A stretch of 63,937 nt of DNA, filler included, from Piptocephalis cylindrospora (lineage: Eukaryota): assembly GCA_003614145.1 (NCBI GenBank). It is 4 parts of 4 records of this genome, joined end to end, with 100 filler letters (N's around TTAATTAATTAA, not from the genome) between each part and the next. Parts side by side here need not be neighbours in the genome. Positions count along the whole stretch, not along the records: positions 1 to 17,526 come from KZ987854.1; positions 17,627 to 35,120 come from KZ987855.1; 2 more parts are not named here. The stretch is one strand, 5' to 3'. The stretch's first letter is position 1; every line of letters starts with the position of its first letter. The notes under the pieces are model-generated. The model searched no databases. It was not told where the DNA came from and saw only the letters and a list, made by a program, of their open reading frames with translations. Made by a program: the position numbers and the translations under genes. Positions 12,018 to 26,248 of the stretch are shown here, piece after piece.

Positions 12018-13160
12018 GATCGGATATAAGGGGATGATTAGATGGCGGAAATATATAATGAAGATGAAGTAGGGGTACTGGAGAGAGGTGAAATACAGGG
12101 CGGAAGGGGCGCATATACTCCATCCCCTCATCCTTTTATACATGATGATCCTGGCGTTATACAGCGACGGGGTCGCCATAGATAAAACCACTCAATGTTC
12201 TTTCATCATCTAGGGACTTCTCACAAGGTCACCGTCCATCTGGGACCGGGAAAAGGGGCTTTACGGACCAATCTTCTGGATGTCTTTTGAAGGCACACCT
12301 GGTATGTTATTTGGGTGCTCTCCTCATTACACGGGGTTTCCGAACAAATCTGGAGCATTGCCAACGGCAACCACTCAATAGCTGGCTCCTTACCTATGCT
12401 CACACGCGTGTTTTCAACTCTCTCCATCAGCTAGACTGGGCTGTGTGAGAAGGGATGCGTAAATTGTAGCTAGCTGACGAGTGCGGGAAGGGCTGGACAT
12501 AATGGCGTTGTTGGGGCAAGGTAGTGGTGCAGCATCACTTGAGCACCTCATACCTACAGCACTTGGACCGGAGCTGCACATTTAAATTCTCATGTGACCG
12601 GGCATCTAGCCCCACTTCCCACTGATCGGGCTTTGAAATCAATGTATTTTCGTAGCTATCAGACTAGTAGTAGTGGCCTGCATAGGTAGACAAAGTGTTC
12701 TAGAGATGATGTATTGGCTAATGGACTGGTTTAGCCCTTTATTAAGTGACACACCTTAGAGCATATTCTCCTTCGGTGATACGTGTATTTTTGTCTTATG
12801 ATGGTGGTGAAGGGCTCTTATTTACCCTGCCGAGACGATATTCCCTTAGGTTTATTTCAAGTAGGTATACGAATGGCTCCATTATCCAATATTCTAGCTG
12901 TTCATTACCAAAGAGTATGCATGAAACACACTTTCACGTGCCCCTCCTATGACAGGATGCATTTTTAGATAGGGCTCAAATGTTTCTCCAACGCTGCCTA
13001 AACCGGCCTGAAACAGAGATTGAATATAAAGAACTGAGTGAGCGTTTATTCCTTTTCCTCTCTCATACAAAAAAGTACACTGAGGCACAAAGACAATAAA
13101 GGAAAATAAGATGGCAACAGATAGAAAAAAGGATAATAAAAATGGGGAGGGATAACAGGA

Positions 13161-16100
13161 TCATCCCCAGCGCTTTCGCCGTCGAGCAGCCCCTTGGGCA
13201 ATGGTGCCAGCAGGCATGCCTACGACTCCGGAGGCCACCATGGAAGACATGACCGCTCCTACCCGGACACTCCGACGATCCCGACCGAGACGGCCACCCT
13301 TGAGGAGACGGATCACACTGACCTCCTGATCTGAGCCTGAGCCCGAATAAGTACCGGGGGCATGGATAGGAAGACCTCCGACCAGCTTGGTCTTGGAGAA
13401 GGAGGGGGCGGGCCAGCAAGCGGTAATAAAATCAGCGGGGATAAGTCGAACGATGACCCCGACGGGGATAGAGAGAAAGCCAAGGGCAATAGAGACGCCC
13501 CAGGCAGCTCCGGAGATCGGGACGGTCTGGAAGGCCTGACCGCCCCACTGGACAATGACGACTTGGAGAATGGCGGTGAGAAGGAGAACGGAAATAAACC
13601 AGGGATTCCGGTGAATCCCTGCAAAGACGTTGAGACGCCGGTTGTCGATGCGCCGGCAATTGATCTCATTGAACAGCTGAGCCCATACAAAGGTATTAAA
13701 GGTCAGGGTGTAGAGCTCAGAGTGGGTGAGCTGGACGCCAGGAATACTCCTGCTAACGTAGAGGAGGATGAAGGAGACAATGAGTTGGTAGGCAGCCTGA
13801 GCCAGAATCATAGCCCACATCTGCGGGGAGATGAGGGGGGCAACAATGGGGTCCGGAGGCCTATCTAACAATTCTGGGGTCGGAGGATCAGTGGCGAGGG
13901 CCAGGGCAGCCAGAGTATCCATGATCAAATTGACCCATAAGAGCTGGACGGCAGTAAGGACCGGGGTCTGATCACCGGTATCGACGATGGCCGAGACAAA
14001 GGTGAGGATGACGGCGGTAATATTAACAGTAAGCTGAAACTGAAGGAATTTCCGGACGGCATCACCCACACATCTACCCCAAGAGATGGCTCGGACTAGG
14101 GAGGCAAAGTTATCATCCATAAGGATGATAGAAGCAGCCTCCTTGGCCACTTCGGTCCCCGCGATACCCATGGCAAAGCCAATATTGGCTGTCTTGAGGG
14201 CTGGACCGTCGTTGGTGCCATCCCCAGTGACAGCCACGCACTCCCCGAGCTCCTTCAATCTCACTACCAGGATCCTCTTGTCCTCTGGACTACTCCGGGC
14301 TAGGACGGAGAGGGCAGCTGCGGCCTCTCTCTGCCGTTCGGGATCGAGGGCACGGAATTGTGGACCTTCAAGGATGGCTCCTGGAGCCTCTTGGGTCGCG
14401 GGGTCCTGAGAGGCCCCCGGGAGGGAGGTTTGAGGAGGGAGGATGCCACAGCGACGGGCAATGGCCTCGGCCGTAACCCGGCTATCTCCGGTAACCATGC
14501 GAACTTTGACTCCAGCGTTTTGACAGGCCTCCACGGCCTTGGGAACTCCCTCGCGTAGGGGGTCGGCAATACCGAGGATGGCCACCAAAGTGAGGTTCTT
14601 GGTCCATTTCTCCTCCTCCTCCTCCCCCTCTTCTTCCTGATCATCTATATGATCCTGGTGAGTCACAGAGATGGTTTTTTCCCCATCCTCCTCTCCCTCA
14701 TTATCATCAACCTCCCGGTAGGCCAGAGCAATAGTACGAAGGGCTTGACGGGCATAGGAATCAATGACTCCGAGCAGCTCCTCCTTCCTCCTGGCTACCA
14801 GTACTTCTTTACGATAGGATTCACCCTGCTCCTCACCATCAAGAAATCCTTGACCGGAATTGTCAGTGATCATAACGGAGCTGCATAGATCAAGGACAAT
14901 CTCGGCTGCTCCTTTGACATGGACCCTCTTCCTCCCACCCTGACCTCCACCACCTCCTCTTTCCTCCTCCCCTCCTGAAGGGACTTGAACAATGGAGATC
15001 ATGCGCTTCTTGGTGCTACTGAAAGGGAACATATGAAGGATGGTCTTGGAGGATCGGATGGACCCGCAATCCCCTGAGCCCATGGACTCAACCCATTCCA
15101 TCAAGGCCACCTCAGTCTTGCTCCCGGTCATGAAGCCAGTTTGAGCATCCCGAAAGGCAGTTCCATTGACGGCGACCCCTTCAAAGAGGATATCCCTGAG
15201 AGGAGGGGGAAGGACGGGGCCAGTGGATCTCTTTGCCTCACCTTCCTCCTCTCCCTCAACGACAATTTTGACAGGGCGCGATGCATCCTCCTCCTGGTCA
15301 ACCTGCACCTTGGCCACATCAGCCTTGGCCTCTTGATGATCCTCGGTTCCGTAACCAAAGTCCCGGGAGAAGACCTGGCCGGCCACCACGGTCATGCGAT
15401 TCTGGGTCAGGGTGCCGGTCTTGTCAGAGCAGATGGTAGTGGCGTTACCCATGGTTTCACAGGCGGCGAGGACACGGACCAAATTGTTTTCCCGGACCAT
15501 CCTGGAAGTGGCAAAGGCCAGGGCCAGAGTGACGGCGAGAGGGAGGCCCTCGGGGACAGCGACAACAACGATGGTGACGGCAGAAATGACAATGTTGACG
15601 ACGCGGGAAACAACGGTGGCAGCATCACCATGGTCCCGAGAGCCCCAGGAAGCAAAGTAGATGATGAGGAGGACGATGAGCATCAGCAGAGCAGCAGCGG
15701 AGCCAAGTTTGGCAATCTTCTCGGCCAAAATATTGAGCTTGGCCTGGAGGGGCGTCTCCTCTGGATCATCCTGGAGGGAGAGCATGGTCCGACCATGTAT
15801 ACTGTTCTTGCCTACGGCAATGACCATACATTGACCCACTCCTTCTAGGACTCGGCTTCCGCTGAGAATAAAAGGGTCGGGTGGTGCATGCTCCATGGCT
15901 GAGATCACTGGTGGGGAGAGCTGGACTTTCCCTGTAACGGCAGGTGATTCCTGGCTGGATCCGGGTTTGTCTCTCTGGGAAATGGATGAGTCATGTTCTC
16001 GCATGGGGGAGTCCGGTGAGGGGGAGGGAGGAGGGGGCTCTTTGAGGACCACATCACTCTCTCCAGTCACTCCACTCTCGTCACATTGAACGCCATGACC

Positions 16101-17038
16101 CTGGATGAGGACGGCATCCGCAGCGGCAATTTCCCCGGGTTCTAGGGACATGATGTCCCCAACTAGGACATTCTCAATGGGGATCTGAGCCCACTGGCCA
16201 TCCCGGAGAACCTTGACCTCCCGAGCATCTTTTTTCGCATTGAGTTTCTGAAACTGCTTCTCCTTTTGATAATCATTGATGGAGCCCACGAGGATGACGA
16301 TGATGACGGCTATGAGAATGGCGCACCCTTCCACCCAGTTCACTTTAGATTCCTGCACCATTTCCCCCGTATCCGGGTCCTTATGGTAGACGGTCCTGGT
16401 GTCCTCATAGATTCCTAGACCCAGGGAGACGGCAGCAGCTATCATTAGAAGTATCTATTTATGAGCGGGAAGGAATGGTGAGTGTGCGCAAAACCAGTGA
16501 AAGATGCTAGCGGTGCAGCTAGAGACCCTCAACGTACAATGATCTTTTCCTTGAGAGCCATCCACATGAGCTGGAGAATGGATTTGATGGTTCGAGGAGG
16601 AAGGGCATTACAGCCATATAGGGTGACACGGGTCCCATAGTATCCGTCCTCCTGGGTGCCCAAGTCCATTACTGGGGGAGAGAGAGAGGAAGTGGGATCG
16701 ATAATCTTGGAGGAGAGGATGGAAGAGATGCGGGATACCCCGGTCTGGGTACGACGTGGTGGAGATCTCCGAGCTGGGAGACCGTACTCTAGCGAAGAGT
16801 GTAGACGCTTGGCCAGACCCTCGCTCCCACCTAGTTGGATCAAACCCTCCGGGTCCTTTGGATCCACCAAGCTACCAAGTTGTCGAGGAGTGAGGGTGAA
16901 GGGCTCGAGTAATCGATCGGCCTCATCTTGCTCTTCCGGGATAGTTGCCGGCTTGCCCGCGGCGGCGGTGTCCGAATCTCCTGGCACCTCCACTCTCTCT
17001 TCCTGGGGCAGTTGTTGCTTTTGCCGGAATAACCCCAT
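13161..17038 (-). CDS. PMC1: P2B-type Ca2+-transporting ATPase (vacuolar Pmc1/PMCA)
   Basis: Exons 17038-16538 and 16454-13161; TGES, VPEGLPLAVT, CSDKTGTLT, KGAAE, TGDGTNDGPALK, KFLQFQLTVN, LWVNLIMDT. Confidence 0.96.
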
Positions 17039-17526
17039 GGTCTTGTCTCTTGTGTGCTATGACAGGGGTGACCAGAGGGGAAAGGGGTAGTCAAGGTCGA
17101 TGTAGCTGTTCAGAAAGGGAGGAGAACTGAGGAGAGCCGAGGATAATGATGCGGTGGGTGAGGGGGCCAAGGGAAGCAAAGATGGTTGATTGAAACTGGA
17201 CACAGATGGATGACGGGAGGAAAAGGATGGAGGAGGAGTGGATCGCTCACGGACACGGTGGGTGCGGGGGGTGAGGATAGTAGTAGTAATGGTAGTAGTG
17301 GTTGGTTGGTTAAAGAGGGGAAAGGGGAGGGGGGGGATGATGGGCGCTAGGTAATAAGAGGTGAGTAGAGGACAGGATGGGAGGTGAGTAGAGGCTGGCT
17401 TTTTATATCAGAAAGGGGAGGGAGGGAGGGAAGAGGTACGAAACAAGGGTGGACCAGGATGGGATGAGGACGGCCCAGGCCGAGACGGTGGCTTTACCCC
17501 CAGATTTAGAGTGTCGGAGGGGGGGA

Positions 17527-17626
17527 NNNNNNNNNNNNNNNNNNNNNNNNNNNNNNNNNNNNNNNNNNNNTTAATTAATTAANNNNNNNNNNNNNNNNNN
17601 NNNNNNNNNNNNNNNNNNNNNNNNNN
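17527..17626. other. Artificial contig linker N44-TTAATTAATTAA-N44
   Basis: Identical 100-nt spacer occurs three times; the 12-mer has stops in all six frames. Confidence 0.97.
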
Positions 17627-17629
17627 TAG

Positions 17630-18708
17630 GACATGATGGTTCAGTACATTAAGGATCAGTCGACGACAGGCCCCATCAGTTGGAATACCTTCAAGTCCCT
17701 TGGGATTGTCTATTGGCTGGATGATGATCGTCTTCTGGTAAAATGGGCGAGTTCTCAGAGTTGAAATTACCCTGTATTTAACTTTCCTCTCCCCCTCCTC
17801 TGGTCTCCTTAGCTTGAATTGGTCAACGGAATGGCCAAGGGTCTATTCCTTCGGAATAAAGATCCCACAGAATGCTCTCTTTTGTACATGGCTATGGGTA
17901 GAGTTAGTATACTTTCCGGTCTGTGGAGGACGGCGTCGGCCAAGTCGGAGCAACGAGCCATGATCCAGTTTCTGGCCCGAGACTTTACCCAAACTCGCTG
18001 GAGAACTGCGGCGAGCAAAAACGCATATGCTCTCCTAGGGAAGCAACGTTTTGGTGAGTGGGATTGACGTTGAGATCTTTCTTGACTTTACAGAGGTTTA
18101 CCTTGGCTCATCTCTGCCCATTTGCCTCCCTGACCCATCTGCTCAGAGCTTGCCGCATCATTTTTCCTCCTGGCAGGTTCGGTCAAAGATGCCGTATCTG
18201 TATGCACCCAGCATCTCCGAGATCCACAATTGGCCCTTTTAGTTGCTCGGTTGACTGAGATGAACCGTATGTCACTTTTGATTGGTGGCTACCTGTATCG
18301 AACGCCCACTGAGCCCTCCCTACCATTTCCTTATCTCTAGAGCCCATCGCATCGGACGGAGAAACAAACTCTGTATTCCTTAAAGTCCTCAAGGATACCC
18401 TAGATACAAATGATAGCCCTGTCAAGGGCTTCCTATATCATTGGATTCAAGGACAAAAGGAAAAGGCCGGTGAACCTATCCTGGTAAGTATCGCTGGTAC
18501 TGGGGATAGGGTATCATTGATGGCATGTTTAATGATATCTTTTACCCACGAATAGAGCGCCTTGAAAGAGGCTCAAGAACATGTCGACCCCACCTGGATA
18601 ATCCTTTCCCGCGGCCTTGCCCAAAGGCGATTCCTTTCCATGGAGGAAACAGGGTCCAGTTGGACCAAGGTCTTTGAGCGGGCTCGTAGAGTCTCGGGGA
18701 TGCTATGA
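17630..18708 (+). CDS. RAV1: RAVE complex subunit Rav1 / DMXL, C-terminal exons (5' end lost at contig edge)
   Basis: KDPTECSLLYMAMG, LWR, DFTQTRWRTAASKNAYALLGKQRFELAASFFLLA, KDAVSVC, DPQLALLVARL: Rav1p_C domain. Confidence 0.9.
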
Positions 18709-19269
18709 GCTAGGAAGGCGATAAAGGTGATCCACGCTATCCCCTAGGCATGTATTTCAATTGAACCATTTTCATTGATCTTTTGAAAAAGGATACGCCA
18801 TTCTAAAAACCCATGTTCGTGTATAGCTGTCGAGGGATTTAAGGGACAGACCTGCTTTCATGATGTCTATCCATCCTTTCCGGATGGGATTTACAGATGA
18901 ATTAACCAATACTCTTCTCTTAGTACATGCATTGACGTGGCGAGTTTTTACACAACCTATCCCTTTTTTAAAAGCATCATGCAGCCCATCAGTCATGGGC
19001 GATGCCTTGACTGGGGCCGGGCGGGACTGAATGTGGGTTGAGAGGTCCAAGAAAATGTATCCACACCCTCACAAACCATGTAGCGGGGGTAGCGGGGGTA
19101 ACCACCGTAGGAAGGGGAGGAGAGGGGAAAAGTAACCTTGAACGTCATTTCCCAGACAATCAATATCCCTCTTTCCGTTGTCTCTACATCTATTTCTTCT
19201 TCCCTTCCCCCTCCCCCCCCCGGCCATTTCCTATCACTTCCTCTCCCTCAGTCGTTTACCAGTTCTAGC

Positions 19270-20679
19270 ATGAATGCCGACGCTCGAGTCGCACTGAACC
19301 TCCGTGTGTTGAAACGGCACGATAAGTGCATCCGCCGGATTGTTGACAGCACAAGCTTTGCCGTGGTGTATACCTTTAGCCGAGAGACTAAGGAATGGAC
19401 CAAAGCGGGGGTGGAAGGCACGCTCTTCCTGGTTGAAAGGTCTGTCTCACCTCTTTATGGCTTTTTCATCATGAATCGACTTGGTCTAGAGAACTTTTCA
19501 GCTTCCCTGAACCGAAGCATGGAGATCATCCTAACCCCAGAGTTTGTCATTTACCAAAACGATACCGGTAAGTGCTTTTGGGATGGATAAAAAACAATTC
19601 TACCTTGCTGCTTACATCTACGGTGGGGGCGGGGAATATAGGCAAGGTGTACGGTTTATGGGCATATGAAGCAACAGATCGGGAAAGAATTGGGAATATG
19701 CTGATCGAGTAAGCCTCCTCTCTCATTGATTTTTTGAGAATCTTGTGAGATGAGCTGTATGAACTGACCCACCCTATTTAATGGCCGTAGCCTGAAAGAA
19801 AAAGCCGTTGCCAGGGAAGATGCCGCACTAGCACAGTCCCGAAATCAATTGCTCAATCTACTTCAAGGGGATGATGGAGGTCAACTAGACGAATCCTCCC
19901 CCCCTCACGATGTTTCCTCCCAAGGCCAAGGATTTCCGCCTAAGGTATTTTGCGAATAAGATGAATTGGGGAACATACGGGATTATCCTTTTACCTACCT
20001 CCTCCTCTTACTAGGATCAGGGACTTGGGCCATCCCTTCTTGACATGCTCTCCCAAACAGCCAATGCTCCTCTGAATAAGTCTTCAAGGCAGGAGCCCCT
20101 ATCCTCTGGGCATCTGGGACCGTCCGATTCCAGATCTTGTCAGCCCTCCCCAAATGGCTCCCCTGGACGGGTAGGATGTCTTACTGAGATGGAAGGAGGG
20201 TGATGTGGGATCAAACGGATCTCCATCATTCACTCAACCCTTTTTACATCCGATAGCAGCCGGCCCAGGATCCTCAAGAACTCCTTCGTCTACTGAATCA
20301 TCCCAGTTCCTCCTCCGTTGGTGGATTACCCCCGTCTCATTCCCCCCAGCCCCACCCCCAACCTCGCCAGCCCTCCTCGTCCCATCCTCACCCCCATCAT
20401 ACACCCGCACTATTCCCTCCACAAAACCCAACTTTAATCCTAACCCGGGATGATGAGGCAGCCCTTGTTCAGGTCCTTGCCCAATACCCCCCCCAACTTG
20501 GATCCCCCGACATTTCATCGGCATCTTCTTTACTCTTTTAACGTATGCTTCATTCTCTGGTGTATTTCTTTTATTATCTCTCACATCTTATCTTACTTTC
20601 CCTACAGGAGGACCCCAGGGTTGGAGGTGTGCTGTATGGTCTGTACCAACGGTTAAGGCACGGGATTGCCCCAGCCTGA
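19270..20679 (+). CDS. DCP1: mRNA decapping cofactor Dcp1 with long C-terminal extension, multi-exon; probable +1 frameshift at C8 20487-20494
   Basis: EVH1 domain LNLRVLKRHD, VVYTF, WTKAGVEGTLF, FFIMNRLGLENF, VYGLWAYE. 3' exons reconstructed from GT-AG sites; without the shift the frame stops at 20539-20541. Confidence 0.88.
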
Positions 20680-21010
20680 TCGGCTTTTCGTCTAGCAATC
20701 CCTTCATCAACCGCCCATTCTATCTCCCTACTTAATCTTTCCCATGAACCTATGCCTTGACAAAATAGAGTGGATTGATCATTCTGATAAGAATGGTATG
20801 GCATAAAATGAGGCAAGACGAAATGGAAGGATGTCATCTGGGGAGATACTCTTCCGCTCCAGTGCTATATTTTGCCACACGTGATGTCCCTCCCTACATC
20901 CGCTCTCATACACTCTATCGTTGAACATCTACATACTCTCACCCCCATCACTTTTTCATATGACATCCCCTCCAATATTCATTATGAGGCTCAGAACAGG
21001 GCAAGGTCGA

Positions 21011-24000
21011 TCACATCAGACCGAACCCTTCGTCATTCCGAATTGCCGTCATAAGTCTCTCCCGGAGATCCTCCACCCTTGCATACTCATTGAGCAGTAA
21101 AGTGTTGAAGCATGTATGCGCTGTTGGAAGTCTGGGGAAGGAGGCATGGGATCAGCGACTGCGGCAGGGAAGGATATGGGGCTCATTACTCCATTTCACC
21201 ACCAGTCAATTGCTTACCGGTTGCTATCTCCTCCGTTGCGAGTGATGGTAAAGGATAATTGGCCCAACCCTCCGGCTGGGGCCCGATCACAGCCAGTGAC
21301 AAAGGTGAGGAGCCTACGTTGGTCCATTTCCCCCATCCCATGCACCAATAGCCAAAATTCCCTAAGAAAATAACAAATTTGAATGGTGATATTAGTAGGC
21401 CAGTGTGAAAGAGTAAGCGACCCTTCCAGGGACACTCGATAAAGGGGAAGGGGGGGTCATACTTAATCAATGGAGAATCTTCAGTAAATCCACCGTCGTA
21501 TTTGCACGCCGACTCCAATCTCTTGAAATCCAGATGCTTACTCCCACACACAATCAGCTCCAGCTCCTCGGGCCTAAAGAGCTATGAAAAGGAATGAGGA
21601 GGGTGTGAGAACATTGTCGGATCAGCGGCGATATTGACACACTCACCCCTGAGCTTACAACAAACCTACCTTTTGAATGGTTCCCTGGCAAAGGAGGTGG
21701 AAGCCTTCTTGAAAGGATCCGTATTGCTGCTTAACTGAATCCACAAAGATCCACTGGACATACCGATCAATATATTCTGATCATGGGGAAAGTATTAGTA
21801 TTTGAACAGTAATGGCTCCTCACCAAGGATAAAAGACGTACCTTGTCTGTTATCCACGGTCACAGCACGCTTCTCCCCATCAGGACCAAGAGGAAATGTC
21901 TGATTTTGCCCATAAACCTCAACATCCACCTCAAAGGTCATCTCCAGTCCATCCAGCTCCTCCTTGGTCAGCGTCAGTAACTTGGCCAGGCCATTTCCTA
22001 AATCCTAGATACGGGAATAATGAGATGTGTTTAGTCAGGATAAAGAAGTAAGCTTTCCCTCTTCTTCCCTCTTCTCTGCTCATGTGACTTACAGGGTCCA
22101 ACTCACAAAGATCATCCAGGCCAACAGGATGACCACACAGGCGTTTGTAGGCCGCAGAGGGAAACTTGACCTCAAGTTGGACATTATTATAGATGGCCAG
22201 GCCCAGCATAATCCCCACAAGTCTATACTCTTCCAATTGAATCCCTTCCAGTTCCCCTAAGGATCCAGGTCCCCCGGCTCCTTCGTTCTTGGGACCTGAA
22301 GTGATCCTTTCAGAGAGAAAGGTGGGGCCTTCAACAGAAGGATCAGGCATACAAGAAAACCAGCACAGACGAGACCGCTCCCTCCACGTAAACATGCCAT
22401 AATCGGATCTAAATACCTCTCGGGCGAGCAGGGAAAAGAATTCCTTACGAAGTCCTCCCTCATCCACGCCCTCCTCCCCAACAAACTGTACTTTGAGGGC
22501 CTTTTGCAGTTCCAAGGGTTCATACCTTTCCAGTTGATAGACGGCATCCCTGACCAGTCGGTCCCGACGGATCCGCAACTCTAGGAAGGGTGAATTGACG
22601 CCGATAAATAGAGCTCGGAAGAAGGCATCCTGGAGCTGATGATGCTGCCTCCGAATACAATCAGCATGCAGGACATGAGCCTTGACGGAGGTAGTCAGGG
22701 CCCACGGGACAAAAGAAGAAAACGTACGCTCCTCCGGTGGTCGGGAGGAAACTGGGATATCCGGAGGAGCCAAGATGGCCGAGGAGGAAGCAGTGAGTGG
22801 AGATGGGGAGCAGGGGGAGGACGTGGCTGGGGGAAGGAGCATGGTAAGATGGTCATCTTTTTGTCTCATAACCCCCGAAAACCTTTCCTGGACAAAGGCA
22901 GACCAGGACAACGGTCGACCCCTAGACTCATTCAGGCCATGTAACCTGCCTAACGCCTCAAGGAGAACAAAAAGGGATACATCGTGTCGTGGGGATACTT
23001 TGGTGGTCTCTAGATGGGCCATACGCATCTCCACATGTCTGGTGAGACGGTCAATCAGGTTTCCAAAGTCCTCCTTACCCTCGGGATCCCCCGGATGGGG
23101 AAGACAGTACAAATTCCCAAACCGTCGAATCTCCTTTTCGGAGAACAGTACGAGAGCTTGGCACAAATGGTCCATGAGAGGCATGTATGATCGAGTAGGA
23201 CCTCGGGGACAGTCCTTTCAAGTGATGCAAAGTATGGGAGATATGGATTAGTTCAAAAGATAATAGAGAGACTCTATAGGGAAACTCACCATAAAAAGGA
23301 TAAGTACAAGGGAAGGCCAATCACGGATATAAGAATGCGGTGATGGAAGCCCCGAGATAGTGGCTAGACGTAAGGCCGCCCTAGCCCGATGGGCATGAAT
23401 TTGGGGTGGGCACCTAGCATAGAGGATGGAGTAAAACTCGCGTACTTGAGCCCTATCTATTCCTGGAGGCCTCTGCCCCCTACTACCCTCCTCCTTGGGT
23501 AGAGGGAAGCTACAAGAAAGACGATGAGGATCAACAAATACCGAGTAGATCCACGAGGCAAGATCATTGTATGCCACTAATGGGGGGTCCTCCGGAAGAG
23601 CCGAAAGAGCATGAATGATACGACGTAGAGTAAGAGGAGCTTCTTCCAGGGATTCACGGCGCCACACCCTTCTTCCACTGGCGGTAAGTGGGTCATCTTC
23701 TCCAATTTCTATTCAATGGGATAGTCAGAGAGGGCGAAATCAGTCGAGAGATTAAGGAAGTTTAGAGGGAAGGAGGAAGGGAGGAGGGAAGAGAGGAAAA
23801 GTGACCATAGAATCCATACCGGCACTAATGTTTCCCAAAGGAGGAAGAGGGGATGTGATATCTCGAGGTCGTTTGGATGGACGAGGCGAGGAGGTAGGGA
23901 GGTTGGAGGGAGGACTACGGGATCGGTTGGTCAAAGCATGGGAGAGAGTGGATCTGGAGGCATGCAGGTACAAGGGAGGAAGGGTAACGGACATGGAGGC

Positions 24001-24716
24001 GGATGTTGTACTTGGGAGTGGTACGCCCTGGAGCTGAGTTGGAGATGTGGAGATGGAGGCTGAGGAGGATCCAGCGGAGGATATGGCAGAGGCGGAGGAG
24101 GGCGGAGAGGAAGATGACGTGGAGATGGAAGTGGAGAGCTGAGGCGGCGGCGGGAGATGTGCATGACCGAGGCTGTACGAATGCATGAGGGAAGGTGGTT
24201 GAACGATGGGAGAGGTGTGAGAGGAAGGATGGGGATGGCCATGTCCAGAATGTGCGTGAACATGGTGATGGTGATAATGGGAAGGATGCTGATGAGGTGT
24301 CGAATGATGAGGAGGTGGAGGCGGGAGGATGTGCTGAGTCGGATAGGTGGGCGGAAGATGGGACGGAAGGACCTGTGTATGGGGAGGTAAGGTCTGAGGG
24401 ATCATCCCTGGCATTGAGACGGTCGATACAGACGGATTGTGTGGAGCTGCGGTAAAGCCAGAGACTGAAGTAGAGCCGTTTGCAAGAGAAACTGAAATAT
24501 TGAGCGGATGCGTGGGGATGGTCCCGGTTGGGATAAGTTCACGGACCGAAGGAAGAGGGGATTCCGGGGGGGAATCAGGACTTTCAGGATTGTCGAGGAG
24601 GAAGTGGGATGTGAGCGACCGTGAGAAGGGCCACAAAAACCAGTCTGCTTGCCCACATGATTAGACCCTAACGCAATGACAACAAGGACTTACCGACCCG
24701 TTGATGAGGAAGACAT
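21011..24716 (-). CDS. HECT-domain E3 ubiquitin ligase (Hul4/UBE3A/HERC-like C-terminus) with low-complexity Pro/His/Ser N-terminus
   Basis: [65 protein letters not shown], ending EGFGLM*. The start at 24716 is inferred from a short first exon. Confidence 0.9.
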
Positions 24717-26248
24717 GGAATATTGTTGAGCAGGATGGCAAAGAGTGAATATGCAGAAGTAAGGAGGGAAGAGGAAAGTTTGAATAAAAATCCGACGATG
24801 AAGTAGTATTGTAAGGTCAACGAGACCGAAGATGGACAAGGCAGGGGAGGGAGGAAGAAGGCGGAGGCAGGGACCCTTGAGCCGAGGCGTCGTGGAGATG
24901 CGAACCTCTACGTACGCTGATGCACAGGAGAAGGTCAAGTGTGTGGAGTGCGGGACATGGGTGTATAGGATGGGGCCGAGGGCACACTATAAGTGCAGAT
25001 GGTCGAAATGCGGAGCCGAGGACTGCCGCGGAGTACGAATGCATCAAGTCCGATCATCCCCAGAAGAACCCAGATGACGGTGATGATGTGGAGAGGGCCC
25101 CCATCATAGCAAAAGGGGGAGAGGGGAGGTGTATGCGATTAATCCAGATATGAAGAGCCCAAGGGGAGAGCCCGAGAGAGAAGAGATTCGTAGACACTAG
25201 ATGAGAAATATGGAGTGAATTTGGCATAGACGATGATAGAAAGCGCCAAGGCCCTCCAGGGAAAAGAAGACGCATATATTCATCCAAAGTGGTTGTGACC
25301 CAATATAGAACGACGATCTAATGAATGCAGGAATGGCTTATATTGGCATTATCATCCAAATTTGATTTGGACTAAATGTCCAAGATCTTGGGAAAGTCAT
25401 GCATGAGCCCCCAATGGACTAGTATAAAACCTTAGCACCTGCCCTATCCCGACCAACGAGGAGCACTTGCCGATCCAGCATATTGTCTTGCATAAATTCA
25501 CCTAGACATCTTTATCCAGTATAGAACAACTTGACTATTCTACTTACTGTTCTATTGTATTATTGTCGATGAATTTGGAGCTGGGGGAGTAAATGAATGA
25601 TCAGCTTGGGGACACTCCAAGGACACATCATCTAGACAAGAACAAAAAGGCAATGAATACTCGTTACTTATATCCATGAAGATCTTTGTATAGGGTGCAC
25701 GTCGGGGACCTAATCCCTGGTAATCCCTGGTACCACACATGCCGACCCTTGGGTGGGTACTGTGTTCGGACATTCCTATTGCCTGTCCCACTTGGGGATA
25801 ATAGAACGGTTTTATCATCAATACTCTTTACTTGTATTGCATGGAGAGCATACCATAACTTTATCAACGCCATTGTCAATGTACTCTTCATAGTAACAGA
25901 GGGGTCAAAGCAAAAAGTAAGTCGCTGATGTCTTCGACCAGGGGGTAACTAGATATGAAGACTATCCCAAGCTAAATATGGTATTAGCACTATTATTAGT
26001 ACGTTAGAGAAGGAACTCAGTCCGAAGCTCCAATATCCTCGTTTATCGTCACCCATGACTCTGGACTTTTAAGGGTTACCTACATTTACCATTGATCTTA
26101 GATCCGCAGGTAGTTATCCCCGAATAACAGGTGGAACAAGACGGGAAAAGGAGATAGGGCACGCCAACAAACATGTCTTATTTTTCCCTCGTCATTTACG
26201 CTCTCCTCTCCTCGTGATCCAAGCACATCACACCTCCCATGTTATCCC

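Noticed and set aside
17571..17582. Palindromic TTAATTAATTAA recurring at near-regular ~17.5 kb spacing
   Set aside because: Embedded in N runs; a synthetic six-frame-stop linker, not a biological repeat.
25300..26200. Short ORFs in the spacer between the HECT gene and MIC60 (also 28750-30000, 12200-13100, 53500-54800)
   Set aside because: No recognisable motifs, splice structure or codon bias; treated as intergenic.
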